A stretch of DNA of 64,000 nt from Chitinophagales bacterium (GTDB taxonomy: Bacteria > Bacteroidota > Bacteroidia > Chitinophagales > CAIOSU01). The stretch covers positions 49,792-113,791 of the forward strand of contig JANRLF010000002.1 in assembly GCA_033762815.1 (NCBI GenBank), written 5' to 3'. Positions 28,482 through 37,420 of the stretch are shown in pieces; the first letter of the stretch is position 1, and each line of letters opens with the position of its first letter. The translations under genes were made by a program, and so were the position numbers. The notes under the pieces are model-generated. The model made no database searches, was not told the DNA's origin, and saw nothing but the letters and a program-made list of their open reading frames with translations.

Positions 28482-29135
28482 ATGAGAATACTTTTGGGAA
28501 GGTTGATAGTACCCTTGCAGTTTGTTTGCATATTATGGCTGGTGAAGTGTTATGAGTACCTCACAGGAGATATACTGGTCCTATACGGGGTTTTTCCCCG
28601 TGACCCTTCCTACCTAACTGGCATTTTAACCGCGCCCTTGGTGCATGCCGACTTTGAGCATTTGTTATCGAATTCAATACCGCTGATTGTTTTGGGTTGG
28701 ATGTTGCTCTACTTTTATCCTAGGGCCGCAACTAAAGTCTTTGTGGGAGTGTATTTGGGTTCAGGGTTGTTAGTGTGGTTTTTTGGTAGGCCAACCTTCC
28801 ACATAGGTGCCAGTGGATTGATATATGGTATCGCATTTTTTCTTTTGGTCATCAGTTTGTTAAGGCGCGATATTCAATCGATGGCCATTGTGGCCCTTTT
28901 GATTATCTTTTATGGGGGAATGATATGGGGGCTATTGCCTGTAGAGAGCCGTATTTCATTTGAGTCGCATATAGCGGGTGCCGTGATGGGCATTTTATTG
29001 GCTTACCGCCTTCGCGATTCCGATTTGCCCCCACCTCCGCCGCCCCTGCAGGAGGATGGTGTTGCACTTGGTGAACCTGACTATAAGTACATTTATCATC
29101 CACGTGAGGAAGACGACCATAATCCCTCTAACTGA
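28482..29135 (+). CDS. rhomboid family intramembrane serine protease
   Basis: Six TM helices, catalytic GASGLIYG and a downstream His (ESHIAGAVMG), plus an HxxxN-like LVHADFEHLLSN. Confidence 0.85.
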   Translation: MRILLGRLIVPLQFVCILWLVKCYEYLTGDILVLYGVFPRDPSYLTGILTAPLVHADFEHLLSNSIPLIVLGWMLLYFYPRAATKVFVGVYLGSGLLVWFFGRPTFHIGASGLIYGIAFFLLVISLLRRDIQSMAIVALLIIFYGGMIWGLLPVESRISFESHIAGAVMGILLAYRLRDSDLPPPPPPLQEDGVALGEPDYKYIYHPREEDDHNPSN

Positions 29136-29795
29136 ATGGGCTTAAAGCTAATCACAACGGCCGATGGTTCGCATACCTTGTATGTAGAGGAATTGGACGA
29201 GCATTACCATTCCCTGCATGGAGCGATTCAAGAGTCGAAGCATGTGTACATACAAGCGGGCTTTGAGCAGTTGCATAACCAACCTTCCATTGATATTCTG
29301 GAAATGGGTTTTGGTACTGGCCTAAATGCTTTGCTTACCGCTTTGGTGCCATATTGCGGTTTGGTAAGGTACTCTACTGTGGAAGCCTATCCACTGGAAC
29401 AGGGCGCCATAGATGCCTTGAATTATGCCGTGCAGTTAGGTGCAAAGGCAGGAAGCTTGTTTCATTTAATTCATCATAGCCCTTGGGGCGTTCCATTGGA
29501 AGTAAATCCTAGCTTCTTTATTACTAAGCTGAAAGGAAGTTTGCAGGCCCAGTCCTTTGCGCACGAAAGTTTTGATTTGGTGTATTATGACGCCTTTGCG
29601 CCTACAGTGCAGCCGGAGCTGTGGCAATTGGATATTCTAACCCAGGTAGCCAAGTGGATGCGCCCTAAAGGAATATTGGTTACCTATTGCGCCCAAGGCA
29701 GTTTCAAAAGGCACTTAAAGCAATTGGGCTTTACTGTGGAAGCTATTCCTGGGCCACCCGGAAAAAAGGAAATGACCAGGGCAATTAAACTATAA
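29136..29795 (+). CDS. mnmD: tRNA (mnm5s2U34) methyltransferase MnmD (DUF752 SAM-dependent MTase)
   Basis: ILEMGFGTGLNALLT SAM motif and YDAFAP motif. It starts immediately after the rhomboid stop. Confidence 0.8.
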   Translation: MGLKLITTADGSHTLYVEELDEHYHSLHGAIQESKHVYIQAGFEQLHNQPSIDILEMGFGTGLNALLTALVPYCGLVRYSTVEAYPLEQGAIDALNYAVQLGAKAGSLFHLIHHSPWGVPLEVNPSFFITKLKGSLQAQSFAHESFDLVYYDAFAPTVQPELWQLDILTQVAKWMRPKGILVTYCAQGSFKRHLKQLGFTVEAIPGPPGKKEMTRAIKL

Positions 29796-29876
29796 AAGGG
29801 ACCAAGAAAAAATTGCTGCATACAACCTTTTAAATCATAAATCATTCTATCTTAGGCGACAAACTACCCCCTTATT

Positions 29877-31097
29877 ATGTTAAAGTATATCATTCCAAGT
29901 CTTTTGGCTTTTCTATTTCTCTTTTCGTGTTCGCAAGAAGAAAAGCATGTTTACAAGGACATCGAAAAACAATTGCTTACCCAATTTATTGCAGTAGCTG
30001 ACGGAGGCATTATTGAAATACCTGAAGGTTATTACAGGTTCAAGGGCAGCCTATCGCTAGAAGGGAAAAAAAACATAACCATTAGAGGCAAAGGCAAGGA
30101 CAAGACGGTACTTTCATGGAAAGGTCAGAAAGATGGCTCAGAAGGGTTTAAAATCACGAATGGGGAAAATATCCTTATAGAGAATCTTACCATTCAAGAT
30201 ACCAAAGGGGATGGCGTCAAAACCCAAAAAATAAAAGGGATTACCTTTCGGAATGTAAAAGCGGAATGGACGGGCGAACCAAATGAAAAAAATGGTTCCT
30301 ATGGATTTTACCCTGTTGACTGCGACAATGTGTTGGTAGAGGGCTGTGAGTCAATTGGTGCTTCCGATGCGGGCATATATGTAGGCCAGTCAAGGAACGT
30401 GGTGGTACGTAAATGCAGTGTTTTTCATAATGTGGCTGGTATTGAAATTGAAAACTGTAGGAATGCGGAAGTGTATGATAACTTGGCCGAGCAGAATACC
30501 GGAGGCATCTTGGTGTTCGATATGCCAGGGTTGACACAAACAGGGAAAGAAGTGAGGGTTTTCAAGAACATGGTAAAGAAAAACAACTTCAAAAATTTTG
30601 CCCCTAAAGGTAATATTGTAGGCACCGTGCCCCCTGGTACTGGCATAATGGTAGTGGCAACCAATTACGTGGAGATTTTCGATAATGATATCGTTGGTAA
30701 TAAGACTCTTGGGGCATGTGTGGCCAGTTTCCTTATATCTGGCTTTGAGATTAAAGATACCACCTTTGACCCCTACCCAAAATCAATCTATATCCATGAC
30801 AACCGCTTCAAAAGGGGGTTCAGGCTACCAACTTTACAAAACGATATGGGTAAGCTACTGGCACTGCGTTTTTGGTTTTGGCCTCCTGACGTAATTTATG
30901 ATGGCATGGTTGACCCCAAGGCCTTGGATGCTAATGGCAAGGTGAAGGAAGAATACCGTATCTGTGTCCGTAACAATGGTGACATTAAAGTGGCCAATGT
31001 TGATGCGAAAAACGATTTTAAGGGCGTTAACACCGATCCGAAACAATTTGATTGTTCAGCCCCTAATGTGGCACCAATTGCCTTTAAACCGAATTAA
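29877..31097 (+). CDS. parallel beta-helix repeat lipoprotein (TIGR03805-like, NosD/CASH-like)
   Basis: Lipobox FLFSCSQ with repeated beta-helix turns (ITIRG, IENLTIQD, GASDAGIYVGQS, NVAGIEIEN). Paralog of the 2..751 fragment. Confidence 0.8.
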   Translation: MLKYIIPSLLAFLFLFSCSQEEKHVYKDIEKQLLTQFIAVADGGIIEIPEGYYRFKGSLSLEGKKNITIRGKGKDKTVLSWKGQKDGSEGFKITNGENILIENLTIQDTKGDGVKTQKIKGITFRNVKAEWTGEPNEKNGSYGFYPVDCDNVLVEGCESIGASDAGIYVGQSRNVVVRKCSVFHNVAGIEIENCRNAEVYDNLAEQNTGGILVFDMPGLTQTGKEVRVFKNMVKKNNFKNFAPKGNIVGTVPPGTGIMVVATNYVEIFDNDIVGNKTLGACVASFLISGFEIKDTTFDPYPKSIYIHDNRFKRGFRLPTLQNDMGKLLALRFWFWPPDVIYDGMVDPKALDANGKVKEEYRICVRNNGDIKVANVDAKNDFKGVNTDPKQFDCSAPNVAPIAFKPN

Positions 31098-31117
31098 TAG
31101 TAGCGTATAGTATCAGT

Positions 31118-32200
31118 ATGGTAAGAAAGTTAATTGTAGGAATCTTCATTTTTGTAATGGGCTTAGTTGCCTGTAACCAAAGTGCGGATAAGGTAGTGGA
31201 AGAAGTGGCCACCGAAGCGGTGGAAACTTTGGTTGACCTTGGCTTGGGCCCGTTAAAACTGTCTGAGTATAATTTCTTCAAGGGCAATATGGCCGATTTG
31301 GTGCCTGCCGATGACGTAGTGCCCTATGATTTGGCAACCCCCCTTTTCTCCGATTACTCCCACAAGGCACGTTTCGTGCGTTTGCCCAAGGGTGTCAAAG
31401 CCAAGTTTGATGGAAAGGAGGTGATGGATTTCCCCGTAGGAACGGTGCTCATTAAAAACTTCTATTATCCACATGATTTCAGGGATGCCAGCAAAGGTAG
31501 GCGGATTATGGAAACCCGCCTGCTGGTGCATAAAGACAGTGGTTGGGTAGCATTGCCGTATATATGGAATGACGAGCAGACCGAAGCCATATTGGAAGTA
31601 ACGGGTGGAAGGAAAAATCTTTCATGGATACACTCTGACGGTTCTAAAAAGGAAATGGAGTACGTGGTACCCAATATGAACCAATGCAAGGGCTGCCATG
31701 CAAGGGGAGAGGTAATGACACCTATAGGCCCTACAGCCCGCCAGTTGAATTGGGATTATCAATATGTTGATAAGAAGGAGAACCAACTGCAGCATTGGCA
31801 ATCGTTGGGCATTTTGGATGGATATACTGGGCAAGCGCCCAAGGCCGTGGTGTGGAACAACCCAGCCACGGGCAGCCTTGACGAAAGGGCACGCATGTAT
31901 TTAGACATCAACTGCGCACACTGCCATCGTTCCGATGGCCCTGCGAATACTTCGGGCTTGTTACTCAGTATCCATGAATCCAACCAAGGAAAACTAGGCT
32001 TCCATAAATCACCGGTAGCAGCTGGAAGAGGTTCTGGCGGTTTGTTGGTAGATATTGACCCAGGTCATCCTGAAAAATCTATTTTGCTGTACCGTATGAA
32101 TTCATCTGACCCAGGTGTTATGATGCCCGAACTTGGCCGGCAACTTATCCATACGGAGGGCGTTGACCTAGTAAGGGAGTGGATCAACTCACTTAAGTAG
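31118..32200 (+). CDS. diheme c-type cytochrome lipoprotein (SO_2930/TIGR03806-like)
   Basis: Lipobox GLVACNQ and two CxxCH heme-binding motifs (CKGCH, CAHCH). Lies 20 nt after the beta-helix gene. Confidence 0.8.
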   Translation: MVRKLIVGIFIFVMGLVACNQSADKVVEEVATEAVETLVDLGLGPLKLSEYNFFKGNMADLVPADDVVPYDLATPLFSDYSHKARFVRLPKGVKAKFDGKEVMDFPVGTVLIKNFYYPHDFRDASKGRRIMETRLLVHKDSGWVALPYIWNDEQTEAILEVTGGRKNLSWIHSDGSKKEMEYVVPNMNQCKGCHARGEVMTPIGPTARQLNWDYQYVDKKENQLQHWQSLGILDGYTGQAPKAVVWNNPATGSLDERARMYLDINCAHCHRSDGPANTSGLLLSIHESNQGKLGFHKSPVAAGRGSGGLLVDIDPGHPEKSILLYRMNSSDPGVMMPELGRQLIHTEGVDLVREWINSLK

Positions 32201-32265
32201 TACTTATTATTGGTGAAATAAAGGGACAGTAAAACATTTTGTACCCCCAGTACGTCCTTTATCCA

Positions 32266-32273
32266 TAACTTTG
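32266..32273 (+). promoter_or_regulatory. Bacteroidota-type -7 box (TAACTTTG) upstream of the NeuB-like gene
   Basis: Exact TAnnTTTG match, 33 nt upstream of the ATG at 32306, with a TTTG about 25 nt further upstream. This is a motif match only. Confidence 0.3.
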
Positions 32274-32305
32274 CATAATTATTCATTGATTTACAAAAAT
32301 CCGAC

Positions 32306-33199
32306 ATGTCAATAATCACCTTAAGGAACGGGAAGAAGATTGGGGAAGGGCAACCTGTTTACATTATCGCCGAAATAGGCATCAACCATAACGGTTCTAT
32401 AGAAAATGCGCTTAAAATGGTGGAAGAAGCCGCCAAAGCGGGCTGTGATGCGGTAAAATTCCAAAAGCGCACCCCTGAACTATGCGTGCCGCCTGACCAA
32501 TGGTACATTGAAAGGGATACGCCTTGGGGAAGAATGACTTATATCGACTATCGTTATAAAGTGGAGTTTGGGGTAGAAGAATATACCCAGATAGATAATG
32601 CGTGTAAGGCTTTGGGCATCGATTGGTTTGCTTCCTGTTGGGATGTGGAAGCAGTAGATTTCTTGGAGCAGTTCCATCCCGTACTATATAAGGCGGCATC
32701 GGCTTCTTTGACCGATTTTGAGCTATTGAGGAAAAAGAAAGCTACTGGCAAACCCTTGATGCTTTCTACGGGAATGAGCACGGCCGAGGAAATCAAGACT
32801 GCCGTTGCTGAGCTAGGCACTGAAAACTTATTGGTAGCGCATTCTACCTCCTCCTATCCTTGCCCGCCACAGGAGCTGAACCTTAAAATGATTAAAACCT
32901 TGCAACAATGGTTTCCCAATGTACCTATCGGGTATTCAGGCCATGAAACAGGCCTAGCTACCACCTTGGCGGCCGTAGTGTTGGGAGCTTCTTTTGTAGA
33001 AAGGCATTTTACACTGGATAGGGCCTGGTGGGGTTCTGACCAAGCGGCTTCCGTGGAGCCTCCTGGCATGCAGAAACTGGTGCGCGACCTAAGGGATATT
33101 GAATTGGCCATGGGCGATGGGGTGAAAAAAGTATATGAAAGCGAGAAAGGTCCATTGGCTAAATTGCGAAAAGTAGTTACACCTGTTAAAACCAATTAA
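32306..33199 (+). CDS. NeuB-family (sialic-acid-synthase-like) PEP-condensing aldolase lacking the C-terminal SAF domain
   Basis: IIAEIGINHNGSIENALKMVEEAAKAGCDAVKFQKR and ...GYSGHETG...VERHFTLD match the NeuB TIM-barrel. The protein ends at 297 aa, with no antifreeze-like/SAF domain. Confidence 0.8.
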   Translation: MSIITLRNGKKIGEGQPVYIIAEIGINHNGSIENALKMVEEAAKAGCDAVKFQKRTPELCVPPDQWYIERDTPWGRMTYIDYRYKVEFGVEEYTQIDNACKALGIDWFASCWDVEAVDFLEQFHPVLYKAASASLTDFELLRKKKATGKPLMLSTGMSTAEEIKTAVAELGTENLLVAHSTSSYPCPPQELNLKMIKTLQQWFPNVPIGYSGHETGLATTLAAVVLGASFVERHFTLDRAWWGSDQAASVEPPGMQKLVRDLRDIELAMGDGVKKVYESEKGPLAKLRKVVTPVKTN

Positions 33200-33213
33200 T
33201 ATACCCTAGTACT

Positions 33214-34176
33214 ATGTTTCAGGAGTTGTTGGATAGCCTCGCCAAAGTGAGCCTAACTCAACTGATTACCACTTCCATACTGCCAGTCTACATTATTTTT
33301 ATCATGTTGCTGGAGCGGAAGTTCCCTTATCGGAAAGGTATCCCCATATTGCGGGAGGGTTTTTGGATAGATTTGGTTTGGTACACTTTCATCCAAAGCT
33401 ATTTTTTGAAAATCCTCATTTTTGATTTCATCATTCTGCCTATTGACCATTATTTCGATTTGTCAAGGCTGCAGTTGATTAGTCATTGGCCCATTGCCTT
33501 GCAGGTACTGTTCTTTTTGGTGACGCACGATTTTTATATTTACTGGTTTCACCGCCTGCAGCACAATTCCAAGTTTTTTTGGCGCACACACGAGGCACAC
33601 CATAGTGTGAAGGAAGTTGATTGGCTGGCGGGTTCCCGGTCGCACATTCTGGAAATCATTATCAATCAATCTATTGAATTTGCCCCTATCATTCTTTTGG
33701 GTGCCGACCCCATGGTAGTGCCCATCAAGGCTTTGTTGGATGCTATGTGGGGCATCTATATCCATTCCAATATCAATGTGAAGAGCGGCTGGCTGCAATA
33801 CATCATTAATGGGCCGGAAATGCACCAGTGGCATCATGCCGACCAGAAGGAAGTGTTCTACAGCAACTATGCCACCAAATTTGCCTTCTACGATTGGATT
33901 TTTGGTACCGCCTATTTGCCCAACCATAAACCCCTGAAGTTCGGCCTGCCCTATGAATATCCTCGCGACTATTTCCTGCAACATATCTATTCCGTTTGGC
34001 GGTTCGATTACCACAAGCTATACCAAAAGCAGTGGCTGGCCAATGTGCTTAACTCAAGGTTGATTTTCTTGAACAAGTATTCCCGGAAAAAAACACAGCA
34101 AAAGATTATTTTGCACCCATCAGTATCTACCCCACCTTCCGAGCTTGCTTATAGCCAGGAAGCAAAAACCGCATAA
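33214..34176 (+). CDS. fatty acid hydroxylase / sterol desaturase superfamily membrane di-iron oxygenase
   Basis: His boxes HRLQH, HEAHH and HQWHH in the canonical order, with several TM helices. Confidence 0.85.
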   Translation: MFQELLDSLAKVSLTQLITTSILPVYIIFIMLLERKFPYRKGIPILREGFWIDLVWYTFIQSYFLKILIFDFIILPIDHYFDLSRLQLISHWPIALQVLFFLVTHDFYIYWFHRLQHNSKFFWRTHEAHHSVKEVDWLAGSRSHILEIIINQSIEFAPIILLGADPMVVPIKALLDAMWGIYIHSNINVKSGWLQYIINGPEMHQWHHADQKEVFYSNYATKFAFYDWIFGTAYLPNHKPLKFGLPYEYPRDYFLQHIYSVWRFDYHKLYQKQWLANVLNSRLIFLNKYSRKKTQQKIILHPSVSTPPSELAYSQEAKTA

Positions 34177-34545
34177 ATGGCCTGGATTTACCTCTTCATC
34201 GCTTCTTCAGTAGAAATTGCTTGGTTATATGCGGTCAAGTTTCTCAATTTCAACGAAGTAGTGAAAATCGAGTGGTCGCAATTTTTCAGTTCAAGCAAGC
34301 CCATACTTACCCTTTTGCCATTACTGGCCTATATAGTGCTTGGATTGACCAATGTCTATTTTTTTTCCAGTGCTATGAAGAGCATTCCTACCGCACTAGC
34401 CTTTGCCGTATGGACGGGCACAGCCTTGGTAGGTTCAAAACTGGTGGACACCTTTGTTTTTAAAGAACAAATCACTTGGTTACAGGTCTTGTTTTTGGCT
34501 TTCATCATTGTTGGTATTATTGGATTGAGAGTAAAGTCAGCATGA
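34177..34545 (+). CDS. SMR-family small multidrug-resistance-type transporter (SugE/Gdx-like)
   Basis: MAWIYLFIASSVEIAWLYAVKF with the conserved TM1 Glu, and AFAVWTGTALVG. Its ATG directly follows the previous stop. Confidence 0.78.
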   Translation: MAWIYLFIASSVEIAWLYAVKFLNFNEVVKIEWSQFFSSSKPILTLLPLLAYIVLGLTNVYFFSSAMKSIPTALAFAVWTGTALVGSKLVDTFVFKEQITWLQVLFLAFIIVGIIGLRVKSA

Positions 34546-35219
34546 GGTTTTTGGCGGGCATTATATTGACTTTCTTTTGCTTAGCTTCGTCGGCGCAGAC
34601 ATGGTTCCATGTCGATAGAGTGCAAACTTCCGTATCCCGCCCGGCCGATTCCCCTTACTTTTATAGCCCTATCCATTTCCATGTCGATACCAGCACGGAT
34701 TTGCTGATGCGCTATGTGATGGTGGAACAAACCATCCCTCGTAATTGGGAAGCCAATGTGGCTACCTATGACAGTCTTTTTCCAGAAGCATTGGACAGTG
34801 CCGAGTTTATGTTGTATGCTGATAGCCTACAGCCCAATATGCTGGAGGTGGTATTTAAGCCCAACAACAGCCAAGGACATTGTACTATCAGGGTCAAGGT
34901 GTTTCCAGTATTGGATCCCAGCCAATGGGTGGAACTTACCTTTGAAGGATTTGCTACCGCCCCTTTTAACACTGCTGTGGGAGGCCCTGCCGGGCAACAA
35001 TGGAAATTGTACGCCCAGGGCCCAACCATATATGTCGATGCGCCGGAAACATGGTTTCCCTTGCAAATATCGCAATACAATTTGCTGGGCCAGTTACTGG
35101 GTAGCGATACGGTTTATGGTGCTACCGCGCTCAACAACTTATCTTCCAACCAGCCAGTCATCATTTCTCTTACCACAGCACAAGGCAAGCTGCTGAAGAG
35201 AATGCTGGTCTTTGAATAA
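34542..35219 (+). CDS. secreted hypothetical protein, possible T9SS type-A C-terminal sorting domain
   Basis: Signal peptide MRFLAGIILTFFCLASSAQ at the ATG at 34542 (ATGA overlap with the SMR stop). The C-terminus ISQYNLLGQLL...IISLTTAQGKLLKRMLVFE resembles Por-secretion tails. Confidence 0.6.
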   Translation: MRFLAGIILTFFCLASSAQTWFHVDRVQTSVSRPADSPYFYSPIHFHVDTSTDLLMRYVMVEQTIPRNWEANVATYDSLFPEALDSAEFMLYADSLQPNMLEVVFKPNNSQGHCTIRVKVFPVLDPSQWVELTFEGFATAPFNTAVGGPAGQQWKLYAQGPTIYVDAPETWFPLQISQYNLLGQLLGSDTVYGATALNNLSSNQPVIISLTTAQGKLLKRMLVFE

Positions 35220-35309
35220 GGTAGAAGGTAAAAGAAGGTACAAGGTAAGAGGTACACTCGTCCCGCTTTGCGGGGAGGTACAATAGGACCAGATAAAAGT
35301 CTATTTTTT

Positions 35310-35353
35310 CCATTTCGCTACCATTTCGCTACCCTTTCAATACCCTCTCAGTT
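35310..35353. repeat. decaying 11-bp tandem repeat (CCATTTCGCTA x2, then CCCTTTCAATA, CCCTCTCAGTT)
   Basis: Read directly from the sequence. Non-coding, inside the 413-nt convergent spacer. Confidence 0.7.
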
Positions 35354-35632
35354 TATGTTAAATAATTGGTTTTCATTTGATTAAGCAAAAAGCACTTCAT
35401 TTTTGTGTTTTTTGCCTTGAGTTTTCTATTTCCTCTACGGCTAATTATAAATGAAAATACTTAGTGTGACATTTTAAAGAAATGAGACGGTATTTTTTCT
35501 TCGAACGGAGGCAGATTCCAACGCAGGATCAGTAGGTTGCTTATAGATAAATCGCTTAGTTTCCAACAAGTCCCAATTTAGCTATATAGAAGACAGGACT
35601 ACCAGATAAAAAGAAACAAATCAATCGTCAAT

Positions 35633-35971
35633 CTACGAGAGCTGCTCCTTGATTTCGACCAAAAATTCCCGCAGGTTCGAAAGCGTTTTCTTCACCCTGA
35701 AAGTGTTCATGGCGTCTTCGCGGTTTTCCTTTAGCTTTTTCTTGGCACCCTCCAACGTATAGCCCCGTTCCTTTACCAAGTGGTAAATTAAGTGCAGGTT
35801 TTCCAAGTCGGCCTGGGTAAAAAGGCGGTTGCCTTGCTGGTTCTTTTTGGGCTTCAGAATATCGAACTCCGACTCCCAATAGCGGATCAGCGAAGTGGAG
35901 ACATCGAACATCTTGGCCACTTCGCCAATAGTATAGTACAGCTTAGTTATTTCCTTTTCTTTGTAAGCCAC
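35633..35971 (-). CDS. MerR family transcriptional regulator (small, 112 aa)
   Basis: HTH YTIGEVAKMFDVSTSLIRYWE...RLFTQADLENLHLIYHLVKERGYTLEGAK. GTG start. Confidence 0.85.
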   Translation of the reverse strand: MAYKEKEITKLYYTIGEVAKMFDVSTSLIRYWESEFDILKPKKNQQGNRLFTQADLENLHLIYHLVKERGYTLEGAKKKLKENREDAMNTFRVKKTLSNLREFLVEIKEQLS

Positions 35972-36096
35972 TTCGGGGAGCGTTGGGAAACTAAGTTACA
36001 CAAATTCTATTGCCGAAAAAGGGAAGGAATAATTTTTTGTGAAAGATGGCTAGCACATAGGCTCAAGTTATATCTTTATAGGAAACAAACAAACGC

Positions 36097-37077
36097 ATGG
36101 AATATAGGAGATTGGGCAACACTGGCCTGCAAATCAGTGCCTTGTCATTGGGTTCATGGCTGACTTTCGGATTGCAAATAAGCGATGAGGTGGCAGAACA
36201 ACTGATGCGTTATGCTTACGAGCAGGGGGTGAATTTTTTTGACAACGCGGAGGTGTATGCCGCCGGTAAGTCAGAGGTGGTGATGGGCAATATCCTCAAA
36301 AAAATGGGATGGGACAGGAGCACCTACTTGGTATCGAGCAAAGTGTTTTGGGGAGGCGATAAGCCCAACCAGAAAGGCCTGAGCCGTAAACACATCATGG
36401 AGGCCTGCGATGCTGCCCTGAAACGCCTGCAACTCGATTATCTAGACCTGTTTTATTGCCACCGCCCCGACATTAATACCCCCATGGAAGAAACGGTGTG
36501 GGCCATGCACCATTTGGTTCAGCAAGGAAAAATATTGTATTGGGGTACCTCGGAATGGAGCGCACAGGAGATAACCCATGCGCACATGATAGCTGCCAAA
36601 CACCATTTGATACCGCCCGTTGTGGAGCAACCACAATACAATATGCTGCAAAGGCAGAAAATGGAGGCAGATTACCACCGTATTTTTAAAGAAATAGGTA
36701 TGGGCACCACTATATGGTCGCCCTTGGCTTCGGGCATATTGACGGGCAAATACAATGATGGCCTGCCAAGTGAAGAAACCCGCGCCACCCGCCCCGGCAT
36801 GGATTGGTTGAAAGATAGGATAATGAATGAAGCCAAGTTGGAAAAGGCGCGCCAATTAGATGCATTAGCGAAAGAGATTGGAACCAGCCTAACGAGGCTG
36901 AGCATTGCTTGGTGCCTGAAAAACCCGAATGTGAGCTCGGTAATAATGGGTGCATCGAAAATGGCACACCTAGAAGATAACATACAAGCCTTATCAGCGG
37001 TACCGTTATTAACCCATGAAGTGACGGAGCGGATAGAAGCTATCTTACAAAACCAGCCGAAATTTGAAGTCTATTAG
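36097..37077 (+). CDS. aldo/keto reductase (Kv-beta-subunit-like subfamily)
   Basis: MEYRRLGNTGLQISALSLGSW, FFDNAEVYA, DLFYCHRPD and GTSEWSA are typical AKR6/Kv-beta-like motifs. Confidence 0.9.
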   Translation: MEYRRLGNTGLQISALSLGSWLTFGLQISDEVAEQLMRYAYEQGVNFFDNAEVYAAGKSEVVMGNILKKMGWDRSTYLVSSKVFWGGDKPNQKGLSRKHIMEACDAALKRLQLDYLDLFYCHRPDINTPMEETVWAMHHLVQQGKILYWGTSEWSAQEITHAHMIAAKHHLIPPVVEQPQYNMLQRQKMEADYHRIFKEIGMGTTIWSPLASGILTGKYNDGLPSEETRATRPGMDWLKDRIMNEAKLEKARQLDALAKEIGTSLTRLSIAWCLKNPNVSSVIMGASKMAHLEDNIQALSAVPLLTHEVTERIEAILQNQPKFEVY

Positions 37078-37387
37078 TGTTGAATCTTACCCCTCTCGGA
37101 ATAATTAAGGTCATATACCACGGGAGTGTTGAAGTTTACTTTTTTGCAAATCATTCTGTCGTGTAGATGGCGGCTTCGTTGAAAGTTCAGCTCATCGTGT
37201 TGTAAGATTCTCATAACTGCTAGTTTAATGGTACTGGAAAAGGAGAGAATATCATACCAGTTTGGAATCTACACTTAAAATAAAGTATAAATACGTAGAA
37301 AAGGAGGCCAAAAACAACCGTATTGATTTATTCATCAAGTGTATGTGTATGTTTTTCTACAAAAAAATGTGGAATTTCTTCTACGTA

Positions 37388-37420
37388 GAAAACAAAAAAG
37401 CACGCCTTTTGGCGTGCTTT
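37388..37420 (-). terminator. rho-independent terminator downstream of the DUF1573 gene
   Basis: 10-bp stem AAAGCACGCC/GGCGTGCTTT with a TTTT loop. On the minus strand it is followed by TTTTTTGTTTTC. Lies 24 nt after the stop at 37444. Confidence 0.65.

Noticed and set aside
33463-34014. 183-aa antisense ORF inside the hydroxylase gene. Similar long antisense or alternate-frame ORFs occur at 36442..36855, 27888..28400, 45232..45780, 51424..51846, 50801..51172, 9272..9760 and 34756..35196.
   Set aside because: Each lies entirely within a gene that has strong family motifs on the other strand or frame. Their translations are low-complexity or motif-free, so they are typical shadow ORFs.
37074-37214. 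46-aa minus-strand ORF as a bona fide gene feature
   Set aside because: I kept it only as a note in a finding. There is no homology, no obvious promoter or ribosome-binding signal, and it overlaps the AKR stop, so the evidence is too weak to list it as a CDS.
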